From contig OZ024750.1 in NCBI GenBank assembly GCA_964016885.1, forward strand, positions 47,616,001-47,680,000: a DNA stretch of 64,000 bases. Reading direction: 5' to 3'. A program made the position numbers and the translations under genes. Origin of the DNA: Eledone cirrhosa (lineage: Eukaryota). How positions within the stretch are numbered: the first letter of the stretch is position 1; each line of letters begins with the position of its first letter. The notes under the pieces are model-generated. The model saw only the letters and a program-made list of their open reading frames with translations, searched no databases and was not told where the DNA came from. Below, in pieces: positions 14,389 to 28,957 of the stretch.

Positions 14389-15245
14389 GAGAGTGATTGA
14401 GAATACGAGAGAGAAACAAACTGATTGAACATTTAATTTATGCCAAGAAGTTATTTACTAAATGATTGCTGGTCACAGGTAAGGAACTTGACTAAATTCA
14501 AGGAAAGCAGAAGAGAAAAAGGACCATTTATCAAATCGGACAAAGTAAACAAGGTTTCATTTATCTTTCAAATTCCTGACAGAATCTGCTGAAAACAACT
14601 CCTTACAGAACCAGCGAAGGAACGGGAAATGAAATGTTTTGCCCATGGACCAGACATGTTTCCTAGTTCAGGAATAAAAGCCACGGCTTTCTGATCGAGA
14701 GTTCAATATTCTAACCACTTGGCCAAATGCCTCAAATACATCACGTAAGAATATAGGAACGTTTCAGAAGATGTGAGATGTAATATAACAGATAAATATA
14801 ATATAAATCTTTCTTGAATCCTTTATTAAACCATTAATTGAACTATATTCTAGATATGCTAATGCAGAATGTATATAGCTATCAAGGTGTTTTATGTACT
14901 CATAAGTATGTGTGTATTTATAACTTATGGTCCGGGTGTCTCGCTGTATTACATAGAAAGCCAAATGTGTCTCTCGTGGTAAAGAATGCCTGTGAATAAG
15001 GGGTGGGACATGTTACTTTGAGTGCACAGGAAAATAAAATAAGTATATATGTATGTATATATGTATAAATATGTATGTATAGATGTATGTATACATATGT
15101 AAATATATATACTTTATTTTTTTATTTGTTTTGTCAGATTAGTATCTGGAAACGTGTATTCAAACATATAGTGTTATACTTTGGCAAGGATATGCTGCCA
15201 ATAAAAACACATGCACCTGTTGGTTTTTACTTCAGTTTATTACAT

Positions 15246-15838
15246 ACTAGCAGTGGTACCCGGCGTTGGACGGGATAAGGTATTTTGGAACGCGGGCCGC
15301 CAACAGACCTACTCGTGGAAAAACTGCATGCCTGGACAATATGTATAGAAAATAAGCCAAATACTCTGATGGCTGGATACTCTTTAAGACTTTACTCGAT
15401 GAAGCAGGAATAATGCAGGTTTTCACCTAATGCGGGCCCTAGAGGATCAAGAAAATATTTTTTTTTATGTGCATAATATGCCTTAAAATTTCGGGAAAAT
15501 CGGCCAGCCGTAACGCCTGAAATAAGCCCTAAAAGGCTGAAAAAATGAAGTGCTTCACCTCATGCGGGCTCTAGGCCAACATAATGTTGGATTTTCTTTA
15601 CTCACGGTATGAATAAGAGACTGACTAATATATAGTTACAATTTCAAGGAAATCTTTCTGACGTAACGCCTCAAAAAACCCCTAAAAAGCTGAAAAGAAC
15701 GGAGTTTTTCATCTAGGGGATCACAAAATTAGAACATAAGTAATAAACATGCGAAGTGTGAAAAAAATCGGCTGGGTACTTCTCGAGTTTTAGGGATTAA
15801 ACTCACAGACACACGCACACACAGACAGACATCCTTAT
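15246..15838 (+). mobile_element. Non-autonomous Helitron/Helentron-like (Lep1/HINE-type) element with internal ~133-bp tandem repeats
   Basis: Starts ACTAGCAGTGGTACCCGGCGTTGGACGGG and ends AAAATCGG...GAGTTTTAG...CACAGACAGACA before (TA)n. It has duplicated TTCACCT.ATGCGGGC.CTAG and GTAACGCCT..AA...CCCTAAAA.GCTGAAAA blocks. The family call rests on resemblance of the termini only. Confidence 0.55.
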
Positions 15839-16002
15839 ATATATATATTTCCAGTCGGTTTGTTCTATAAACGGAAGGTTGTTTACATATTGTGAGAGGA
15901 TCTTTCTTCACACAAGCTGTGAACTCCTCAGTGACTGATTTGTTATTTTGTGTCCCTCTTTGTTCTGTCCTACACCATGTTATTTTTGTCTGTATATATA
16001 TC

Positions 16003-16051
<49 letters not shown>

Positions 16052-16252
16052 TAAAAAAATAATGAATTGTTTTATTCATTATTTTTTAAATATTTTTTTT
16101 ATTATTTTTTTAATATTTTATCTTGACTCTGTATTCCGTTTATCTTTCACCGAAAGTGATTTTTCATTGCATCTCTTCTTTCCATGATATCCGGACTACA
16201 TTGAGTTCTTCATACGGATTGGACACTACCGTAAACTCTTGTTAGATTTATC

Positions 16253-16300
<48 letters not shown>

Positions 16301-17367
16301 AATATGTTTTATATCTATGTATGGATTTATGTACGTATGTATGTTTGTCTGAATGCATTTATGGGTGTATGCATGTATGTATGTATATTTGTATGAACGT
16401 ATATGATTGCATGGATATGTTCCATGCTATATGTATATATGTGTATTTGCCTGTATACATGTTTGTCTGTGTATTTAGACGTAGGAAAATACAAACAGCT
16501 GAAATATGAAAGCGGGAAGAGTTAGAGGTGTTCACGCCATTATGATAAATGAAATATATATTTTAAAACATTTTCCCATTTATTTTAATTCCATTCTGTC
16601 TCTTTGTGTATTGTTATTTTTTCTTTACCTTTTCATGAAGAAGTTTCTTTTCTGTATGAAATAATATAAAAACCAGCAAAAATAAATCCGCAGTATTCCT
16701 TTGCAAACAACGCTTAATAACGTTCGGTAAAAGATAAGATGGAAAAAATATTTCAAGAAATGTAATGATTCTTTTTATTTTGTTATCATCATTGTCTTTG
16801 TTTTCGTTACTTTTATTTTTGCAGTGCCATTTATATTGTTTTTCTTTCATCAATGCATCATTATTCAAACATTTCAAATTTCTTTAAAAATAAATTGTTT
16901 AACTCACTAAGTGTGGCTTTTATTACAAAAACTCGAAACTGGGCTGAGTAAAGAGTCGATTGGAATTAGCACAAAGGCTTTTCAGTTGCGTGGGAGATGG
17001 GGTGGGACGTGTATTTGTCAGTGATTTGTTTGAGAAGTAGTAATGGTATGTGTGAGTAGTGGTGGTGTCAATCGTTTATAAAAATCGATAACCATAAAGT
17101 CTTTTATTTGATACACAAAAAAGCTGCAAAAATACATAAAGTAATGAATAAATAAAATAAGAAGAATTTTCCTTAGATAAATAGCAAATAATAGACAATG
17201 GGTTTTTGATTGTTCTGATAAAAAAAAAACAATGACCTGTAAAGCTTTGCAATGATTGGTTGATTTTAACAGTGTTCATCTTCGTGTAAGTAAATATGAA
17301 TCTGTCTATATACGACCCCTCTCTCATTCTCTCTCTCACACACTCTCTCTCTACCTCTCTCTCTTTA

Positions 17368-17463
<96 letters not shown>

Positions 17464-17851
17464 TGTGTGTGTGTATGTATATATAAATGCATACATACAA
17501 TCACACACGCATAAACACGGACATATATATATATATATATATACATAGAAAAGAGAGAGAGGTGGAAGTAAGAAATAGAAATGTGTTTTAGCTATTACGT
17601 TTAACACAAACATCTACTAAGATGCTATATATATTCATGTAAGCTTACACACGTGAGTATGGTGGAATAGGTTTATTTGTTTACACAGTGACTTAACCTT
17701 TACTACAATCGTCTGATGTATTGCTAGATAAGGGGTTTTCAATACACGTCCGATCTGATCCAACATGTTCAAGTAATGATTAGCTTGTCATGAACTCGTA
17801 TGATAACCATTGCCCGTAGATAGAGACTTAATTTACTGAGCATGTATATAC

Positions 17852-17971
<120 letters not shown>

Positions 17972-18142
17972 ATGTATATATATATATGTAAATATGAGGA
18001 AATGCCCGCACGCTTTACATATACACATACACTCAAGTATAAACATATGCACGCACGCACACACACATACATACACGCGCGCGCACACGTGCATTCATAT
18101 ATATATATATATATATATGTATAATATATATATATATGTGTG

Positions 18143-18174
<32 letters not shown>

Positions 18175-18183
18175 AAGAGAGAG

Positions 18184-18259
<76 letters not shown>

Positions 18260-18819
18260 AGAAGAAGAAGAAGAAGAAGAAGATAGCTGTATGGATATGT
18301 ACTTCGATGAAGAGTGATGTTTTATTTATGCTTTACTTTACCTACGACAATGAATTAATGATTTCATGGATTGACGTAATGTCTTAATATTTGTAATGTC
18401 TTCTTCCTTGAATTAATGTAGTTACTTAGTAAACAGGTCGTTGATGTTTGACTTAACATTCGTATATGATGTGTCAGCTAATGAATTATATTTGTTTACA
18501 TAATAAGGTATATTGATCGTCGGTTAGAATGCATTGCGTTATAAGTTCCGGCTCTCTCTTCGTTTAGTGCAAATAACACCGAAGTCAAATTTTCCTTTTA
18601 TCAGTTCGGGTTCAATCACAACATTATGAGTCTAGAACTGGGATTTATTCTTCCTTTATTCTTTTATGTCTCTGTCAAACATCCTCTTTCTGTCACTCTC
18701 TATTCTCTGACTGAAATCTGAGAGATGGGCATCTTCAGGTTTTAAAATGACCGGGAAAAAAATGTATGTCGATATGGCGTCCCTACATCTACATCAGGAT
18801 TTACGCGTACGTACATGTA

Positions 18820-19690
18820 TAGTGTGTTGCACATAATTGTGAGCCACCCCAACACTTTTATTATGTCATGTTAATATTGACGAAGGTAAAATTATTCAGA
18901 TAAAAATAGTATATTGTTACAAATATAGAACACAGCAATATGCAACACATTTTCTTTTTAAATTAATACTTTGTTTGATGACCTTTAGCAGCAATTACTT
19001 CAGCAATTCGGGGAGGCATTGATTCCATCAAGGAGGCACAATATTCAGAATTAAAGTGTTGTGTAAATACAGGAAGAATGTTTTCTAGTAAATCAGTAAT
19101 TGAGCTGGGATTTAACTGGGCAACCTCGTCTTTCATCAATTGTTAGCAGTTTTCATTATGTTTTAAGTCAAAACATGAGCCTGGACAAGGTAACAGCACT
19201 TCAATACCAGATTCTAGAAAACATTGGTGAATTGTTTTTACCCTATGGCAAGGAGCACCATATTGTTGATATATCTAAATGATCCCCAGATCATCAATGT
19301 TTGTGAATGTTTGATTTTAGCTTTGACATAACAATAATTATAACTCTGTCCAGGTGGTCTTCTTACAGGGTGATTTTAAGGGCTAAATTGTCTAATTAAT
19401 GTTTAATCACTAAACATAACCTCATATTGAGCGGATGTCCAATGACGATAAGTGTTGCAGAACAACAGGCGGTCCTTAATGCTTTTATTTGAAAGTTGAG
19501 GCTTGGCAGCTACCTTAAAAGCCTGAAGATTAAACTCCTTAACAGAGTGTCACCATATGGTAGATATGTTTGTAGATGAGCTTGGATATATGAACAGGAA
19601 GCAGTTAGATTTGACACTCCAAATCAGCGGATAGAACACTTAGTTTACGTAGTTTTCCATGTCGCATGTTTGGGTTAAGAAAGCCTGTAA
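18820..19690 (-). pseudogene. Tc1/mariner (Tc1-type) transposase remnant with a possible TIR near 18820
   Basis: Manual minus-strand translation gives KPQLSNKSIKDRLLFCNTYRHWT..VMFSD*, KIKHSQTLMIWG, YQQYGAPCHRVK, DLKHNENC* and SLMESMPPRIAEVIAAKGHQTKY* (stop 18963-18965). There is an internal deletion between WG and QQ. Confidence 0.85.
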
Positions 19691-21311
19691 TTGCATTACG
19701 AATAAGTGTGTTTGAACACCATTCTTATATACACCGAATCGTACAGATATTTGGCGCTAAGAATAGCGTTCCTCATGAAGAAGGATGATATTTGCACTTT
19801 TTTTGCTTGAAATAGCAGCGAGGTTAGTAAACACAAATATATAAAGATGCTGATTCGGTGTGCTTTATATATAAAAATGCAACAAGTAATGTGATTGGTT
19901 AAAGTATGTAGAATGTTTGAAAAAAAATCGTGTGACATATGTGTGCTTCTGTGTGTGTATATGAAGGTTACTAATAATATAATAACTAAAATGCAGGCGG
20001 TCGCTATAGTATACACAACAATTTACACACACTGTATATATAAGAACGTACAATTTCTGCTTCGGTATTTACCTAAATATAAACACATATAGAGACATAC
20101 AAATATGTTTCTATAGATATTCTGGATGACTTACAGCATACTACTAGCTAATCTATGGAATTAAATGTTTAATATATGCAACGTCCTTGCAAACACTATT
20201 CCTCTATAAGTTTTAATTTGCAAGATATAGCACCACTGTCCTGTCTTCTTTGATAAACAGCACATGTCCCAGAAGGATCGGATCCAGCGTCTTGGGATCG
20301 AGAAGCGAATATGTTAGCTATTCATCCGTTGCGTACACACAGACGTCTTGTATTAACATTACATAGTGGAGTAGTTAGTGCGTATATATGAGTCAGAGTA
20401 TGTGGGTACATGTAACACATTACGTTGATCATTGTCATTGTAATTCCGTGTGTGCGTGTGTGAATGTGTATGCCAGCGCATGTGTGTGTTTAACTGTCTG
20501 AGTGTGCGTGTAAACACACTGCATAGGACAATATAGTAATCTATGTGTGTGTATGTGGGTATATTTGCTGGTTGTGTGCGCATATGTGTGTCCATAGGGA
20601 AGTGCGCATGTGTAAGTTCGTGTGTGTGTGTGTGCGTAGAAACACATTACGTGTAACATAACAAAAGCCCTTCTGTGTATCTATGTCCTACATGCATGCG
20701 TGGTTGTGTGTGTCTGTGTGTGTGTGAACATATTGCATGGAACAATACTTAAGTTTTGTGTGTGAGAGTATGTGTATGTGTTACTGTGAATGTGGGTGGG
20801 TATTTAAACTGAGTCCATGGAACAACATTGTAGTTTTGTTTGTGAGTGCATGTGTATATGCGAGTACATGTGTGTGTGTGCGTGTTCGTGTATGTGCGCG
20901 CGCGTGTTTGGTTGTGTTGTGTGTGTCTGTGTGTGGAAACACTTATCTGTCTTGTATGCATGACATTCTGTAAATAGTCGACTAAAATGAGCTAGTATAA
21001 TTGATGAATGGTCAGTAAATAACAATTACCTCACCTCTCTGAGCATTCAAACCATTCTTCTATTGGACGATTTCTGATTAATATGTCTGCGAATAGATAG
21101 AATCATGCCGTTGATATATATAGATTATATTCAATGCTGTCATACCGTATAGGCTTTACAGTACAATCAGGGGTAAAACACTTCAACAGATGCCATATGG
21201 AATAGCTCTATCATTTATCTGGTAGTAAATAGATTCGTCACTGGTATTTAGCCCCACGTCAAACATGTCACGTAAAATTCGGATGAAAGGTCCTCCATCA
21301 TCCACTAAACA

Positions 21312-21352
<41 letters not shown>

Positions 21353-21367
21353 CATATATATATATAA

Positions 21368-21408
<41 letters not shown>

Positions 21409-21409
21409 A

Positions 21410-21475
<66 letters not shown>

Positions 21476-21479
<4 letters not shown>

Positions 21480-22309
21480 TTCGTTCCATTTTTCCCAGTA
21501 TCGGCCGATTAACCCATTCGATATGCAAATTGGGCTACTCAGCCGTTAATGTGCATAAGGTAATTATATACGTTCAACAATCTGGCAGGATTAGCTAATA
21601 AGCTTGAAACTAGTACAGCGTTCCTTTGTCAGTGTTGAACAAACGAGCAACGATGGTTGCTGGACACTACGGCTTAATACGGTATGTTAGTTTACAAACA
21701 CACCGAGCATTATAATATATGTTCGGTGAATCCATACGTACATATATATATGTGTGCATGTATGTATATACATATATACATACTACTATACGTCTGTATA
21801 CATATATGTATGTACGTGTACATACTTATATTTAAGTAAGAGCCGTACTAAGAGTGGGAAATGAAATTTCATTTCATTTTTCCGTTTAGCGTTTTCGGTG
21901 CACCCGGCCGATTAACCCACGCGATATGCAAATTGGGCTACTCAGCCGTTAATATGCATAAGGTATGTATATACGTTCAACAATCTGGCAGGAATGTATA
22001 TGTTGCTGACGATGGCTAATAAGCTTGAAACTAGTACAGCTTTCATTTGTCAGTCTTGAACAAACGAGCAACGATGGTTGCTGGACACTACGGCTTACTA
22101 CGGGATCTTTGTTTACAAACACACCGTGCATTATAATAAATGTTCGGTGAATCCATACGTACATATATATATGTGTGCATGTATGTATATATATATATAT
22201 ATACATACTACTGTACGTCTGTATACATATATGTATGTACGGGTACATACTTATTTTAAGTAAGAGCCGTACTAAGAGTGGGAAATTAAATTTCGTTTCA
22301 TTTTTTTCC

Positions 22310-22312
<3 letters not shown>
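21476..22312 (+). mobile_element. Tandem dimer of a ~400-425-bp non-coding unit carrying an HHR (retrozyme-like)
   Basis: CGGCCGATTAACCC occurs at about 21503 and 21905, and AAGAGCCGTACTAAGAGTGG at about 21838 and 22262. (TA)n lies on both sides. Confidence 0.8.
22002..22040 (+). ncRNA. Minimal type I hammerhead ribozyme
   Basis: GTTG-CTGACGA-T.GGCT.AATA.AGCT.T-GAAA-CTAG-TA-CAGC, with an intact core and palindromic stem III. Confidence 0.85.
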
Positions 22313-22360
<48 letters not shown>

Positions 22361-22366
<6 letters not shown>

Positions 22367-22746
22367 AGGAATTCCAAATTTGTCTGATTTACTCGTTTGA
22401 TTTACAATCCTTTAAAATGTATAATGGTATGAGAATGAAATAGTATGGTAGAATATTAAATGTTAAGTGTTAATTTGACAATATCGTCATGCTTACGCAA
22501 ACTTCAGATAATATTGTCTGGTGACAGTCGAGTTTGCAACTTGACTGTCACCACACATTATGAACCTGCAGATTGCGCAAGCATAAACATCCTTGTTCAA
22601 TTAACACTTAACATTAAATATTCTACCATACTATTTCATTCTCATACCTTTATAAATGTTAAAGGATTGTAAATAAAACGAGTAAATCAGACAAAGTAGG
22701 AATTCCTTTTATTAATATAATCTACTACACACAATCATACACACCC

Positions 22747-22750
<4 letters not shown>
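22361..22750. repeat. ~350-bp imperfect fold-back element with a one-sided tail, in (TA)n
   Basis: 22361-22533 is the reverse complement of about 22537-22713; the centre is GGTGACAGTCGAGTT-TGC-AACTTGACTGTCACC. Confidence 0.85.
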
Positions 22751-22792
<42 letters not shown>

Positions 22793-22799
22793 TATTCAG

Positions 22800-22855
<56 letters not shown>

Positions 22856-22887
22856 CGACAGTATATGTATATATATATGTATAAATA

Positions 22888-22995
<108 letters not shown>

Positions 22996-23011
22996 CATAT
23001 ATATATATATA

Positions 23012-23237
23012 ATTATGTAATAAACAACATAAGATATTTAATTCATTTACCTGTGGTTTCTAGAAAAAAACATATATTTGTATATGTATTCAGTCGTCAG
23101 ATATAACTATTCGTCTTCAAGAAACCACTGGTAAATGAATTAATTATATTATGTTGTCAATTACATAACTAAAGAGCTATGTAGCCAACATAGAGCACTC
23201 TATCTTCCTCTATATTTCCTACGGAAGTATTCATTCA
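23012..23237 (+). repeat. Degenerate fold-back element with tail and the 3' half of an HHR
   Basis: Arms about 23012-23075 and 23098-23168. The right arm has GAAA-CCACTGG-TA, and the tail has GAGCACTCT. Confidence 0.7.
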
Positions 23238-23244
23238 TATATAT

Positions 23245-23324
<80 letters not shown>

Positions 23325-23328
<4 letters not shown>

Positions 23329-23471
23329 AATGTTTAACCCTGACGGCAGATATCAAGGCGTTCAACGGCTATTTCTGAACGGCTATTTCCTATTACCCAC
23401 TCTACTACCCTCAGTATTGAATACTCTGGTGCGTTATGGTCCATTTGGTTCATCACCACACCTCCTTCGTT
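23325..23471 (+). mobile_element. Degenerate copy of short family C
   Basis: CCTATTACCCACTCTACTACCCT..GTATTGA.TACT.TGGTGCGTTATGGTCCA is shared with 30390-30470 and 59923-60005. Confidence 0.8.
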
Positions 23472-23495
23472 ATATATATATATATACATATATAC

Positions 23496-23532
<37 letters not shown>

Positions 23533-23534
<2 letters not shown>

Positions 23535-26500
23535 GTAGGAGGTGTGTTTTATTGTAGCACAATAAAGCAATGCAAATATTGGATAGGTAGCACTCTACAG
23601 TTTGTAGGACTGGAGTATAAATAATATAAGATCAAAAGATGGTTAAAAAGTTCCAAGTATTTTATTATGAGATTTCAAAAACATATATCATCATGGGATG
23701 AGAGCTGCGTTTTCAACACATAAAATAGGGATACATAGCTTAAAAACCACTAGTGAATAGTGAAGTTTTAAAACAACATTTGAACAATACTTTAAGATTG
23801 ATGTGTGAGATTGGGAAACCGTGAGGGGGGGGGACAAGGTAGGGAAGAGTAGGAGATGAGAGTAAAGAATGACGGGGGAGGAGTATAAGAAGAAAGGATG
23901 AGGAAGGAGGAGAGATGGGTGATAGAGAGAGAGATATAGCCTTTACAACTGAGAGACAACATATATTGTCTCACAGAGAGAAATTAAAAAGCCGTTGGAA
24001 GATAATAGATAATTTAAAAGGATTTGAAATTAAAAGTTAATGAAGAGAAAAAGCCGTCATGAATAATAGTAAATTAAGGTTTGTATATTGAAGGGTTTAA
24101 TAATATGTGCGAGGAAAATAAATTATTAATATGCATTATTAAAATTAAAATATTAATGTTATTAAGGATATATGTGAAAAGAAGTAGAAGAATTGATGAG
24201 TTATGAATTTAGAGGAATTAGTTAGTGTTTAAGTTTGTTTTTATGTAATGTAATATGTGTACGTAATATATGTAAATAGTTTGTTTAAAAATGAGCGCAG
24301 AAAGCAAAGAAGAAAATAATGTTTAAGGAAGAAAATATCTGACATCAAAAAATATGTTTACGAAATATGTTCTAATGGTAATAATATAATATATTAAAAG
24401 AAATTATTTATGGTTTAACTTTGTTTTTATGTATTGTAATATGTAAAAGTCAAACGAGCATGAAATGAAGAAATAAGGAATTTAAGGAAGAAAAATCTAA
24501 CGTAAAAAAAATATTTATGTTTACGAAGGACTATTAAAGGTAATACTATAATGTATTAAACAGATAATAATAATTGTTATGGCCAATGATATGAAGAAAG
24601 ATGGAAGAATGGATAACTCACATAAAAGACCAAGATACAAAAATATAATCTGGTATAATGCTCCTTTCTCTATTTCTATTAATAATAATATTCCTAAACT
24701 ATTCCTTAGATAAATGCTTCCCTCCCTCACATATCTATAGTAAAATCTTTCACAAACATGCAATCAAATGTTCCTATTCCACCTCCTCCAACATCTCTAA
24801 CATTATCTCTAAACACAACAATAAAATATAAAATATTAAATCACATCCTTCCAACACTGAGTGTAATCCCGACGTCATTGTTAACTCTAAGCTAGATTCT
24901 GCAAACGCAAATACGACGTCAAAAGTAACTTCGTTGAATGTTCATAATACCAATCTAAATCAGGAAACTATTATTCCTATCGCAAATAACTTCTCCAATC
25001 CAATTCCTCCTATAAATAACACTAGGTCATGTATTAATAACTCTGTTAATTTCTCTAATCGCATTTGTAATTGCCCTGTTAGAATTAAATGTCCTCTCAA
25101 TAACCATAGTCTTGAAAAAAACTTAGTCTATGAATGTAAGGTTATAACTGATACCAATTCATTTACCTATTTCGGTTCCACTTCCAGCTCCTTCAAAGCT
25201 AGATTTTATAATCACAATTCGTCTTTTAACTACCAACTTAAAAGAACTAACACGGCACTCTCAGAACTCATATGGTCCTTGAAAGACAAACATATTAACT
25301 ATAACATCTCTTGGAGGAAGGTTTGTTCTGCCTGTCCGTACTTGAATGCATCCCTATCCAGAACATGTAATCTTTGCCTATCTGAGAAATTTACCATTAT
25401 ATATAATTTAAATCCTATAATAAAAAGACGCACTGATTTATTTTCTCTCTGCTTGCATAAATTCTTCAGAACATTCCATAAAGTATACAGCTAATATCTA
25501 ATATCTTACTAGTTTAGAATCCCTTTTCTCAAAGGCTTATATATGTTTTTAAATATACCCATCTTTCTACCTTATCTCAATATTATTTATTATATATTAT
25601 ATAATACAAGTTACTCATTCTATATCATTCATCTTTATCTATTTCCTTTCTTCCTCTTTTCTTTTTAATTTCTAACCTCTAATATGTACTTTTTCTTCCT
25701 AACTACTTCTCAATTCTTATTATTACTCACCACAACATTATCCATTCTTCCATCTTTCTTCATATCATTGGCCATAACAATTATTATTATCTTTTCAATA
25801 CATTATAGTATTACATTTAATAGTCCTTCGTAAACATAAACATTTTTTTTACGTTAGATTTTTCTTCCTTAAATTCCTTATTTTTCATTTCATGTTCGTT
25901 TGACTTTTACATAATACATAAAACAAACTTAAACTCTAACTAATTTATTTTAATATATTATATTATTATATTATTACCATTAGAAAATATTTCGGAAACA
26001 TATATTTTTTGATGTCAGATATTTTCTTCCTTACACGTTCTTTTCTACTTTGCTTTCTGCGATCACTTTTAAACAAACTATTTACATATATTACGCATAT
26101 ATATTACATTACATAAAAACAAACTTAAACAGTGACTAATTCCTTTAAATTCATAACTCATTCATTCTTCTACTTCTTTTCACATGATATCCTTAATAAC
26201 ATTAATATTTTTATTTTAATAATACATATTAATATTTTTTTTTCCTCGCACATATTATTACACCCTTCAATATACAAACCTTAATATTATATTATTCTTA
26301 ACGCCTTTTCCTCTACATCAACTTTAATTTCAAATTCTTTTAAATTATCTATTATCTTCCAACGGCTTTTTAACTTCTCTCTGTGAGACAATATATATTT
26401 GTTCTCAGTTGTAAAGGCTATCTCTCTCATTCTCTATCACCTATCTCTCCTTCTCTCTAATATTTCCTTCTTATACTCCACCCCACCATACTTTACTCTC

Positions 26501-26744
26501 ATCTCCTCCTCTTCCTTACCTTTTCCAACACCCCCTCACATTTTCCCAATCTCACACATCAATCTTAAATTACTTTTCATATGTTAATTAAAAACTTCAC
26601 GATACACAAGTGTTTTTTTAGCTTCATATCATTAATCCCTATTGTATCTGATTAAAACGCAGATATCATCCCATGATGATATTTGTTTTAGAAATGCGCT
26701 TAATAAAATACTTGGAACTCTTTTAACCATCTTTTGATCTTATA

Positions 26745-26745
<1 letters not shown>
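23533..26745. mobile_element. Older PLE related to family A: inverted partial pLTR + tail (-) joined to a 5'-truncated ORF end + pLTR (+)
   Basis: The tail at 23533-23625 matches 45958-46045. 23623-24617 is the inverted counterpart of about 25738-26743. The ORF remnant starts at about 24621 (KRPRYKNIIWYN), and a degenerate HHR lies at 26642-26708. Confidence 0.9.
24621..25494 (+). pseudogene. C-terminal part of a PLE ORF (RT thumb/linker + GIY-YIG endonuclease)
   Basis: ORF 24934-25494 is highly similar to the C-terminus of the 820-aa protein (CNCPVRIKCPL, LVYEC..YFGST, CNLC, CLH). The upstream part is interrupted. Confidence 0.9.
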
Positions 26746-26825
<80 letters not shown>

Positions 26826-27160
26826 CAATATCGGAGAAAGCTTTTTAGCGATACTCCGGTCACTCAACAAACATTAGGAAATGAGTGATTATATTCCCAA
26901 TTATGCGTTCGGGTGCTAACTAAAAGTATTGCGTGGAAAATTGGCTGTATTATTTCATATGAGAAACATCGAATATATCTCTTCGCAGACGGACGTCTCG
27001 TTTCATTATAGGATTCCTACAATTTGGGTTAAATTATTCCAATTTATGTAGGAGCTTGTATACCATCAATAGATATATATTCAAGTGGGCTCCTATAATC
27101 CATCAGTGGGTGCCCCAATAATAATAATGTTGATAATCTAACCAACATCAGTATATATAT

Positions 27161-27223
<63 letters not shown>

Positions 27224-27519
27224 TTGTGTGTGTTTATTTATATGTATATATATATATATGCAATGATACACACACACAATCCACTTTGCGTTCCAGATCT
27301 TTAACATGTTACGTAATGGATTGTCTTGTTTTGTTTACTTAATTTATATCGATTTTCTTCTGTTTCTCTACGTGATCCTGCCTCTATTGTGTACTCAAGA
27401 AGAAGGACTTAAGCCCAACAACTCGAGCGTACTTTCCTTTTCCCAATATGACGCGTAAAACTAACACAATTGTTGTGCCTTAGTTTCTTGTCTCATTTAA
27501 CTAAAGACACACACACACA

Positions 27520-27585
<66 letters not shown>

Positions 27586-27592
<7 letters not shown>

Positions 27593-27709
27593 TGAGATTC
27601 TACAGGACTAGAACTGTTTCATTCATTAGAAATCATCAAACTTTTATACTCTGCTATGTATTGAGTACCTTACCTACTGTGGTTACCTCCGATTCAACCC
27701 GGAATAACG

Positions 27710-27710
<1 letters not shown>
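27586..27710. mobile_element. Short family D element: inverted HHR arm plus tail
   Basis: The minus strand of about 27592-27640 reads TTGATGA-T.TTC.TAAT.GAA.T-GAAA-CAG..CTG-TA-GAATCTC. The tail matches the reverse complement of 29785-29850. Confidence 0.8.
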
Positions 27711-27743
<33 letters not shown>

Positions 27744-27774
27744 AATATGTGTGTGTGTATATATATATATGTGT

Positions 27775-27867
<93 letters not shown>

Positions 27868-27990
27868 TATATATATATATATATATATTTCTGCTCTGCG
27901 TATACGCATAGAGCTTAACTAGCTACCGTCACATATTTGGTAAGTCAGACGTGATCATCGCGATTCACATACGACCTATCATACATCTTA

Positions 27991-28024
<34 letters not shown>

Positions 28025-28112
28025 AGTGTGTGTGTTTGTGTGGGGGTGGGTGTATGTGTATGTTATGTGTATGTGTCATATGCAAATATATATATATATA
28101 TATACATATATA

Positions 28113-28298
28113 TGAAATGAGCCAGGACCCTGCCGGGCGACCACCGGCAGTTTCGACAGCTGGATCCGAACAGTTCAGGTCTATCTGTGGAAAGAGCTGG
28201 AGCTCAGGCGTCGGGGCCCTGACTCTGTTAATATTACCCACTCTACTTCCATACGTCTTGAGTACTCTGGTGCAACAGTATCTTACCACACTCTATTT
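28113..28298 (+). mobile_element. Diverged relative of family C (fold-back + tail)
   Basis: GAAA..GCTGGAGCTCAGGCG-TC-GGGGCCC, then TATTACCCACTCTACT..TTGAGTACTCTGGTGC. Confidence 0.65.
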
Positions 28299-28351
28299 CT
28301 TATACACACACTCACACACAGACACACGCACACTCACACACACATAAACAC

Positions 28352-28957
<606 letters not shown>

